Source: an uncultured Candidatus Saccharibacteria bacterium
Lineage (GTDB): Bacteria; Patescibacteriota; Saccharimonadia; Saccharimonadales; Saccharimonadaceae
Length of the DNA stretch: 64,000 nt
Direction of reading: 5' to 3'
NCBI GenBank assembly: GCA_964600285.1
Contig: CAZRIZ010000001.1
Location: 188 to 64,187, forward strand
Shown here: positions 26,159-33,600 of the stretch, piece after piece
Position numbering within the stretch: the stretch's first letter is position 1
Layout of the letters: every line of letters starts with the position of its first letter
The notes under the pieces: model-generated
What the model was told of the DNA's origin: nothing
What the model saw: the letters and a program-made list of their open reading frames with translations, nothing else
Databases searched by the model: none
Translations under genes and position numbers: made by a program

Positions 26159-27774
26159 TGAGTAAAGAAGTAGTTTATATTGATATCAACGATGATATTA
26201 CTAGCGTAATTGAAAAGATTAAGCAGTCTAAGGAAAAGATTGTGGCTTTGGTGCCGCCAAAACAGATTGGACTATTGCAGAGTGCAGTCAATCTGCAACT
26301 CTTAGCGCGTGCTGCTGGAAATGCTGGAAAGTATGTTGTAATTATTACATCAAAAGATTCTCTAATGAAATTGGCGGCCATGGCAAAGATACCAGTAGCC
26401 AAGACACTGCAGTCAAAGCCAGTGTTAGCCAAATTGCCAATCTACTCAGCTGAAGACGATACAATTGACGGCAAAACAATGCCTATAGGCGAGCTGGCGT
26501 CTGGTAATCGTGAATTTAGTCCTGAGGTTTCGACTGATGATGTGATTGTTGATCCAACTAAGCCGATTGAAACTGGCGCAAGTGCTGAAAAGAAGAAGAT
26601 AAACATTCCAAAGTTTGCTAATGTCCGAAGTAAGATTATCCTAGGTGTAGTCGGTGCTTTACTGTTAGTCGGTGTTGTGCTCTGGGCTGTAATTATCGCT
26701 CCACGTTCAGTTATAAATATCAAAACACGCACCAAGCTAGTTAACATTAATCAGACTATTTCCTTGACGGAAGATTCCCTAAAAGCAAGTAACGAAGAAA
26801 ATATTGTTCATGCTCAAAGCCAAATACTAGAAAAGACTCTCTCGCTTGAGTTCGCTGCTTCTGGAGAAAAAAATATCGGAGAAAGGGCGACTGGCTCGGT
26901 TAGTTTTTCAAACTCATCAGATAAGGCCCGCACGGTAGTCTCAGGAACGCGATTCACATCAGCAGGTGGCAAAGTTTTCACTCTTAATGAAACCGTATCG
27001 GTTCCGGCAGCTGGCTTGACGTGGTGCAACGGAAAGCCGTGTGCTGACCCTAGCGCCGCAAAGGGCTCGGTAACTGCCGTTGAGCCTGGGGCTACTTATA
27101 ATGGAGAGACTGGTGGGCTGAGTGGCGGTCCTAGTGGCGACTTTGAAGCCAAACTCACTGCCGCTACATCTGGTGGCGTAGATAAGATTGTCAAAGTTGT
27201 TACTCAAGAAGATTTCGATCAAGCCAAGGCTAAATTAGCTGATGGTGGCAATGATACGGCTGTTAATGAACTCAAAAACAAATTTGACGCTTCAGCTGTG
27301 GTTGTCAGGGAAAGTTTGCGGATTACGGCTGGCGAAGTTGTGAGCTCTATAGAAATTGGAGAGGAAGCTCCTGAAGGCAAGTTTACCGTAGAACAACCGG
27401 TCAAGTACTCTATGTTAGCGGTGGTGCGCAATCGAATTGTCGACTACCTGAACTTTTTGGTTCTGAAACAAGAAGGTGATACTAAGCTGAAGCAAAAAGT
27501 TTACGAATCTGGTGATGACCAAATTCAGTTTGCTAATTTCTCGGCCCAAGATGATAAGTTGTCTGTTAAAGTTATTACGCAAATGCGTATCGGTCCGGAT
27601 ATTGACGTTGATGAAATCAAAGAGTTCGCTCAGGGCAAAGGTTACGGAGAAGTCAAAGACCGCTATGAGCTAATTGAAGGCATTGAGAGTGTTGAAGTAG
27701 AATTTTGGCCGATGTGGGTGCGTCGTGTGCCTAAAAAGGCTGATAAAATACTTGTAAACATAAATCTTGAATAG
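26158..27774 (+). CDS. Hypothetical bitopic membrane protein (538 aa), translationally coupled to ftsA
   Basis: The ATG overlaps the ftsA TGA (TGATG). It has a cytoplasmic domain of about 160 aa, one TM segment (IILGVVGALLLVGVVLWAVIIA) and an external domain of about 350 aa. I recognise no family. Confidence 0.7.
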   Translation: MSKEVVYIDINDDITSVIEKIKQSKEKIVALVPPKQIGLLQSAVNLQLLARAAGNAGKYVVIITSKDSLMKLAAMAKIPVAKTLQSKPVLAKLPIYSAEDDTIDGKTMPIGELASGNREFSPEVSTDDVIVDPTKPIETGASAEKKKINIPKFANVRSKIILGVVGALLLVGVVLWAVIIAPRSVINIKTRTKLVNINQTISLTEDSLKASNEENIVHAQSQILEKTLSLEFAASGEKNIGERATGSVSFSNSSDKARTVVSGTRFTSAGGKVFTLNETVSVPAAGLTWCNGKPCADPSAAKGSVTAVEPGATYNGETGGLSGGPSGDFEAKLTAATSGGVDKIVKVVTQEDFDQAKAKLADGGNDTAVNELKNKFDASAVVVRESLRITAGEVVSSIEIGEEAPEGKFTVEQPVKYSMLAVVRNRIVDYLNFLVLKQEGDTKLKQKVYESGDDQIQFANFSAQDDKLSVKVITQMRIGPDIDVDEIKEFAQGKGYGEVKDRYELIEGIESVEVEFWPMWVRRVPKKADKILVNINLE

Positions 27775-27776
27775 AG

Positions 27777-28175
27777 ATGATAAAAAAATACTTAGCTTTG
27801 GACTATGGCGATAGTCGTATTGGTGTGGCTCTGGGAGACGATCAAGTCAAAATAGCGGTTCCAATGGACGCAATTACAGTTGACGGCTCGGAGATTGATC
27901 AAATTACTAAGCTTACTCGATACGAAACGGTAGAAGCTATTGTGGTCGGTTACCCCAGAAATCAGTCAGGCGAGGCCACGAAGCAGACTGCCGTGGTTGA
28001 GGGCTTCGCTGACAGATTGAGAAAAGAATTTCCGGCGGTCGTTTTTCAAGACGAGTCTGTCACCAGTGTATTGGCAGAAGCTCGTCTTAAGAGTTACGGC
28101 AAGCCTTACACCAAGGGTGATATCGATTCTATGAGCGCGGTAATTATTCTAGAGGATTTTTTGGAACACAGATGA
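27777..28175 (+). CDS. ruvX: Holliday-junction resolvase-like nuclease RuvX/YqgF
   Basis: YLALDYGDSRIGVALGD...VVGYPRN..G. Confidence 0.9.
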   Translation: MIKKYLALDYGDSRIGVALGDDQVKIAVPMDAITVDGSEIDQITKLTRYETVEAIVVGYPRNQSGEATKQTAVVEGFADRLRKEFPAVVFQDESVTSVLAEARLKSYGKPYTKGDIDSMSAVIILEDFLEHR

Positions 28176-29251
28176 AAAAAGACACTATTGGAATTAGAAG
28201 ACAACGAATGCCATGGTGGGCGTGGTTGATAATTAGCCTGTTTGTTGTAGGCGGATTGGCAACTGGCGGTGCGATTTATTGGTATCATGACAGCCTAGAG
28301 GCCGTTGGCGTCGTTAGTGAAACAGAAGACTTTGAAGTTTTGCGCGGTGAGAATGTTTCAGAAATTGGTCAAAAGTTATTAGACAAAGGGTTCATTAAGA
28401 ACGTTAAATCTTTTGAGCTGTATAATCGAATTAATAAAACCAGCGGCAAACTACAGGTTGGCAATTATTCGCTGAATAAGAGTATGACTGTAGCCGATAT
28501 TGTTACTAAATTAACAACTGGTGAATCTGAACAGATGTCTGTTACATTTTTTCCTGGTGCGACACTCAATTTTCGTCACAGCGCCACAGATACTACGCCG
28601 ACTCATCGTGAAGCTCTGAAACAAGTTGGCTTTAGTGATGAACAAATTGACGAAGCCTTTTCAAAGTCTTATTCTGATCACGCACTGTTTAAGCTCTTAC
28701 CTGACGTGACTAGTTTAGAGGGTCTAATCTATGGCGACACTTTCTCTTACGGTGTGGGCTCGTCAATCGATACCGTCTTAAGATACAATTTCGACCACTA
28801 CTATAACACTATAGTCAAAAATGATTTAGTCAAAAAATACGAAGCGCAAGGCTTATCTCTGTATGATGGCATAAAACTAGCGTCGATTATTGAACGCGAA
28901 GCTAAAACTGAGAAAGACCGTGCTCAAGTAGCCCAGGTTTTTCTTAGACGTATGAAGCTTGGTCAGCCATTGGGCTCTGATGTGACTTATCATTATGCCA
29001 ACAGGTTGGCCGGAACTGCTAACGATGGGCGAGTGGATTCGCCATACAATTTACGCAAATACACCGGTTTAACCCCAACGCCAATTTCTACACCAGGCGA
29101 GACATCTCTTTTGGCTGTGGCTAATCCTGCCGAAGGTGATTACCTTTACTTCTTAGCTGGTGATGATAATAAAACCTATTTTGCTCACACTAATCAAGAG
29201 CACGAGCGTAATATTAGGGAGCATTGTAAGATTGGCTGTTCAACCTGGTAG
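28172..29251 (+). CDS. mltG: Endolytic murein transglycosylase MltG (YceG family)
   Basis: ATGA overlap with ruvX. It has an N-terminal TM segment, the LASIIEREA motif and a YceG-like C-terminal region. Confidence 0.9.
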   Translation: MKKDTIGIRRQRMPWWAWLIISLFVVGGLATGGAIYWYHDSLEAVGVVSETEDFEVLRGENVSEIGQKLLDKGFIKNVKSFELYNRINKTSGKLQVGNYSLNKSMTVADIVTKLTTGESEQMSVTFFPGATLNFRHSATDTTPTHREALKQVGFSDEQIDEAFSKSYSDHALFKLLPDVTSLEGLIYGDTFSYGVGSSIDTVLRYNFDHYYNTIVKNDLVKKYEAQGLSLYDGIKLASIIEREAKTEKDRAQVAQVFLRRMKLGQPLGSDVTYHYANRLAGTANDGRVDSPYNLRKYTGLTPTPISTPGETSLLAVANPAEGDYLYFLAGDDNKTYFAHTNQEHERNIREHCKIGCSTW

Positions 29252-29262
29252 CCGTAGAGAGC

Positions 29263-29291
29263 TTGACAGCATGAGCTTAATTTGTTAAAAT
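29263..29291 (+). promoter_or_regulatory. Consensus sigma70 promoter with a leader of about 180 nt
   Basis: TTGACA (29263-29268), exactly 17 nt, TAAAAT (29286-29291). The next start codon is the TTG at 29478. Confidence 0.6.
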
Positions 29292-29477
29292 TACGCAGTA
29301 TAAATGCAATCTTTACAGAGGTGGAGACGTTTGTGGCGGTTGTATTTGTCTGGCGACTTTAAGAAGTTTTAATAAAAGTGAGTTTGGTCGAAGCATTTAA
29401 TAGGTCGCTAGTGCTAGTCGGTAACGATTAGCTGGAGAAGTTTTATAAAGAAATCTATTCAAGCTAAGCTGTCGGTT

Positions 29478-30653
29478 TTGCGTAAAAAGCGATCTGACAA
29501 GCGTTGGCAAAAAGAAATTGCACGGCAAATTGCCAAAAGATCTGGTCCTAAGCTAGTTTCTAGTAAACGGTGGGCCACTTTGTGGTTGGCGCCGTTCGTA
29601 CTTATTTTAGTGATAATTGGTATTAATTACCTACCTAGCCAATCAGCTAAACTAGAGGCTAATGATATGCAATCTGTTGTGTCTGATGTCTCAAATAATC
29701 CAATAGCACCTCTGGCGTCAAAGGTTGATAAGGTGGTAGAAACTGGCTTAGTGGCTGATTTGGCCAAGACGGCGAACCTACCTATTGCTTTGAGCGCTGC
29801 TAACTTGGCGACATCGGCTGAAATTCAAGCCTCTTCGACCCAGAAGGCTAGCCCAGTTATCGACAAGCCGGAGCTGGTTAGCCTGAGTGGCAACCGCCAA
29901 GAGGTAGTTACGCACTTAGTCGCTGACGGTGAAACAATTGACCAGCTTGCTTCTCGCTATGATATTTCTGCTCAAACTATTAGATGGGCGAATAACTTGA
30001 CTGGCGACGCCATAGAGGTTGGTAAAGAATTAAAAATCCTGCCAGTTGACGGCGTTCACTATAAAGTAAAGGCGGGCGATAATTACGAAAAAATCGTGGC
30101 TCGCTATGGCTCAAGTGAAACGCAGATTGTGGCTTTTAACGATTTAGAACTGACCAACCTGGTAGCTGATTCTATGATTGTGATTCCGGGTGGCGAATTG
30201 CCCGAAACGGAGCGACCTGGGTACAAACCGCCTAAACCCGTTTACAATCCGACACAGTCCCAAAATCCTTTGTTTAGGCCGTCTAATGGCATGGGGGTAA
30301 AATATTATCCGTGGGGCTGGTGTACTTGGTATGCTGCTTATCGATTCCCACAATTAAACGGTGGCAAGGAAATTGGCAACTGGGGTAACGCTAACACTTG
30401 GGATAACTCGGCTTATGGCACCCCTGGTTTCTCGGTTAGCTCGACTCCGTCAGCTGGAGCGATATTCCAGACTGATTTTGGTAGCACTCGTGGTTTAGGC
30501 CATGTTGGTATAGTCGAAAGTGTTGAGTATAATGAAGACGGCTCTATCGCTTCAATTCGAGTTTCTGATATGAATGGTTTTAGTGGCTGGGGGCAGGTTG
30601 GCTACGGCACATGGACGGCTGATAAATTCTCTAAGTATAAGTATATTAAATAA
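29478..30653 (+). CDS. LysM-CHAP peptidoglycan hydrolase
   Basis: TTG start and an N-terminal TM segment. Two LysM repeats are present (THLVADGETIDQLASRYDISAQTIRWANNL and VHYKVKAGDNYEKIVARYGSSETQIVAFNDL). The C-terminal CHAP domain has the motifs GWCTWYAAYRF...GHVGIVESV. Confidence 0.85.
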   Translation: MRKKRSDKRWQKEIARQIAKRSGPKLVSSKRWATLWLAPFVLILVIIGINYLPSQSAKLEANDMQSVVSDVSNNPIAPLASKVDKVVETGLVADLAKTANLPIALSAANLATSAEIQASSTQKASPVIDKPELVSLSGNRQEVVTHLVADGETIDQLASRYDISAQTIRWANNLTGDAIEVGKELKILPVDGVHYKVKAGDNYEKIVARYGSSETQIVAFNDLELTNLVADSMIVIPGGELPETERPGYKPPKPVYNPTQSQNPLFRPSNGMGVKYYPWGWCTWYAAYRFPQLNGGKEIGNWGNANTWDNSAYGTPGFSVSSTPSAGAIFQTDFGSTRGLGHVGIVESVEYNEDGSIASIRVSDMNGFSGWGQVGYGTWTADKFSKYKYIK

Positions 30654-30714
30654 TCAAAAGTTTATTCTACAAATCGCTCTCTGAAAATGGGGGCGATTTT
30701 GCTACAATGTAGAT

Positions 30715-32019
30715 ATGTTTATTGATTTGGTCAAGGTAAAAGTCGTTGCTGGCAAAGGTGGTGATGGAGCATCGAGCTTTCGGCACGAGAAGTATGTTGA
30801 TAAAGGTGGCCCAAATGGTGGCGACGGTGGCAAGGGCGGTGATGTAATTTTTCAGGCTACCAGTAATATTGATACTCTAATTAATTTAAGATTTCAGCCG
30901 GAGTTAATTGCCGATAATGGCACTAGTGGTGGTAAATCTAACCGACACGGTAAGGACGGCGAGGATCTGATTGTGAAAGTTCCGATTGGAACTATAATCA
31001 AGCGCGATACAGAGATTTTGGCTGATTTATCTAAAGATGAACAGTCGGCTATCATCGCTCGAGGCGGTGAAGGCGGTTTTGGCAATGCTCACTTCAAATC
31101 GTCGGTTCGTCAAGCCCCAACCATGGCTGAAAGGGGCGAGGCGGGCGAGGAGTTTAGTGCTGAACTAGAGCTAAAACTATTGGCTGATGTTGGTCTAATT
31201 GGCTTGCCAAATGCGGGTAAATCGACATTTTTAAGTATTGTCTCTAATGCTCGACCAGAAATTGCGAATTACGAATTTACCACTTTAATTCCTAGTTTAG
31301 GCGTTGCTAAGGTTGACGAATCAAGTCTTTTAATCGCTGACATACCCGGTTTGATTGAGGGCGCTAGCGCTGGAAAAGGTCTAGGAACAGAGTTCTTGCG
31401 CCATATTGAGCGCACAGCAGTTTTTCTGCACTTAATTGACGCTTGGCACGACGACGTTGCTACTGACTATACAACTGTCCGAAATGAGCTTATTAAATAC
31501 GATAAAACTCTAGGCAAAAGACTAGAAATCGTGGCTTTAAACAAGGTTGATGGACTCGATGACGACATCGTAGCCGACCAAATCGCTTCACTAAAAAAGG
31601 TTGTGCCAAAAGGCACGCCGATTGTGGCAATTTCTGCTCAGGCAAGAATAGGGGTGAAGGATTTATTACGCCAGCTTGTAAGGTTAGTCAAGACGGAACG
31701 TGCGCGTCAAGCCGAGTTAGAGGCAAGTGAAGCTACCAAGGAAGTCAAAGACGGTATTCCGGTAATTGGATTGACAGAACAAGAGTTGGTTGACCAGTGG
31801 CGCGTTGAGCTGACGGATGGCGTTTACTTAGTTACGGGTAGCAAAATTGAGCGCTTTAGTCGTCGAACTGATTATTCTAACTGGGAAGGGTTGAACCGTT
31901 TGCGTGATATTATGCGACGAATGGGCATTAAAAGCGAGCTCATCAAACAGGGTGCTCTCCCTGATAGCCAAATCCAAATTGGTAGTGACCCAGTTTTTAC
32001 ATTGGAGGAGGTTGATTAG
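30715..32019 (+). CDS. obg: GTPase Obg/CgtA
   Basis: A Gly-rich Obg fold (GGDGGKGGDVIF), G1 motif GLPNAGKST, and a C-terminal OCT-type domain. Confidence 0.95.
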   Translation: MFIDLVKVKVVAGKGGDGASSFRHEKYVDKGGPNGGDGGKGGDVIFQATSNIDTLINLRFQPELIADNGTSGGKSNRHGKDGEDLIVKVPIGTIIKRDTEILADLSKDEQSAIIARGGEGGFGNAHFKSSVRQAPTMAERGEAGEEFSAELELKLLADVGLIGLPNAGKSTFLSIVSNARPEIANYEFTTLIPSLGVAKVDESSLLIADIPGLIEGASAGKGLGTEFLRHIERTAVFLHLIDAWHDDVATDYTTVRNELIKYDKTLGKRLEIVALNKVDGLDDDIVADQIASLKKVVPKGTPIVAISAQARIGVKDLLRQLVRLVKTERARQAELEASEATKEVKDGIPVIGLTEQELVDQWRVELTDGVYLVTGSKIERFSRRTDYSNWEGLNRLRDIMRRMGIKSELIKQGALPDSQIQIGSDPVFTLEEVD

Positions 32020-33500
32020 TGTCAGACACTACTTTTGTCTTTTATGATTTAGAAACTAGTGGGCTTAGTGCTCGATCCGACAGAATTATGCAACTTGCGG
32101 CGATCCGCACTGATGTCGACCTGAACCCGATTGGTAAGCCGTATAATTTTTTAATAAGGTTGTCTGAAGATGTTCTGCCGTCACCTCAGGCTATTAATGT
32201 CACCGGCATTACGCCTCAAAAAACAGTAGAAGAGGGCTATAGCGAAGCTGAAGCCTGCGATATTATATTAAACGAAATATTTACGCCAAACACCGTTGCC
32301 ACTGGATATAATAGCGTGCGGTTTGACGATGAGTTTATTCGACATCTATTTTGGCGCAATCTACGCGACCCATATGAATGGGCTTACAAAGATGGTCGTT
32401 CTCGCTGGGACTTGCTTGATGTAGTGCGTTTCAAGCGGGCTGTTCGTCCAGGAAAAATTACCTGGCCAGTTGATGATGACGGTAAGCCAAGTAACAGACT
32501 TGAACTTATTTCTTCCGCTAATAAACTAGAGCATGCTCATGCTCATGACGCGCTAAGTGATGTTGAGGCGCTAATTGGAGTAGGGAAGTTAATCAAACAA
32601 TCCGATCATAAGTTGTGGGAGTATCTGTTTAAGATGCGCGACAAGAAGCTAGTTCAGCAGTTGGTGAATCTCGATAGACCAGAAGTTTTTGTTTACAGCA
32701 GTGGGAGACTGGAATCAGAATTTGAAAAAACCACCCTCGCCTACCCTATTTTTGAATGTAAAAATAACAACATTATGGTTTATAACCTACGCTACAATCC
32801 AGAGGATTTATTAGGTAAGTCCCCTACCGAGCTGGCCGAGTTTCTAGCAAAATACTCAAAATCTACAAATGTCAAATCTCTAACTGACAATGAAGAGATT
32901 GACTCGGAGGCTAAAGAGGGGGGTGCTCTACCAGACAGGCGGGTCTATTTTAAGACCTTGCGCTATAACCGCTGCCCGGCTGTTGCCCCAGTTGGGGTCA
33001 TGCGCGCAGACGATTTTACGCGTATTAAGTTAGATTTAAAAACTGCTAAAAAACACTTATCGATTTTAAAGAAACATCCAGAACTAATCGAGACAATTAA
33101 AAACCTATCAAATCTAAAAGAGCGTCAACTAGAAAAACCGAGTGACGAAGACTTACAACGACCGGCTGAAGAACGGCTTTACGATGACTTTTTGCCTGAT
33201 AGCGACCGCAGGGTTTGTCAGAAAATTATCAAGATGACACCTAGCGAGATGAAGACGTTCAAGCCTGACTTCACCGATGGTCGTTTGCTAGACTTATTTT
33301 TGTCTTACAAGGCGCATTCGTTTCCGTCTACTTTAGACAAAAATGAAGTTTATGACTGGGAGGCTATTAAAATTGCTAGATTACAAAAACAATTACCGAT
33401 TTTTATGCAAGAATTAGAAGAGCTGAGCAAAACGGGTGGCGACGAGTTTGTGGTTGGTGAACTTAAATATTGGTTAGAAAATATCCTCCCAAGCGAATAA
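32019..33500 (+). CDS. sbcB: Exodeoxyribonuclease I (SbcB-like DEDDh exonuclease)
   Basis: The GTG start shares one nucleotide with the obg TAG stop. FVFYDLETSGL...DRIMQLAAIRTD...ITGITPQ...YNSVRFDDEF...HDALSDV parallels E. coli ExoI. Confidence 0.85.
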   Translation: MSDTTFVFYDLETSGLSARSDRIMQLAAIRTDVDLNPIGKPYNFLIRLSEDVLPSPQAINVTGITPQKTVEEGYSEAEACDIILNEIFTPNTVATGYNSVRFDDEFIRHLFWRNLRDPYEWAYKDGRSRWDLLDVVRFKRAVRPGKITWPVDDDGKPSNRLELISSANKLEHAHAHDALSDVEALIGVGKLIKQSDHKLWEYLFKMRDKKLVQQLVNLDRPEVFVYSSGRLESEFEKTTLAYPIFECKNNNIMVYNLRYNPEDLLGKSPTELAEFLAKYSKSTNVKSLTDNEEIDSEAKEGGALPDRRVYFKTLRYNRCPAVAPVGVMRADDFTRIKLDLKTAKKHLSILKKHPELIETIKNLSNLKERQLEKPSDEDLQRPAEERLYDDFLPDSDRRVCQKIIKMTPSEMKTFKPDFTDGRLLDLFLSYKAHSFPSTLDKNEVYDWEAIKIARLQKQLPIFMQELEELSKTGGDEFVVGELKYWLENILPSE

Positions 33501-33600
33501 ATTGCCTGGAAATCGTAACTGTTTCTGTACTGGTCGACTGAACCACGTAGCTTGTGGGGGTGGAAAATATTATTAAAATAGGGTATAATCTAGTAGTTTT

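Noticed and set aside
29304-29372. A 22-codon mini-ORF (MQSLQRWRRLWRLYLSGDFKKF) in the leader of the LysM-CHAP gene.
   Set aside because: It has no RBS, and I have no conservation evidence. It could still be a leader peptide, but the sequence alone does not support calling it.
33501-33600. A possible SOS (LexA) box upstream of uvrA, around CTGTTTCTGTACTGG at 33520-33535.
   Set aside because: The sequence is not a palindrome and matches neither the CTGT-N8-ACAG nor the CGAAC-N4-GTTCG consensus.
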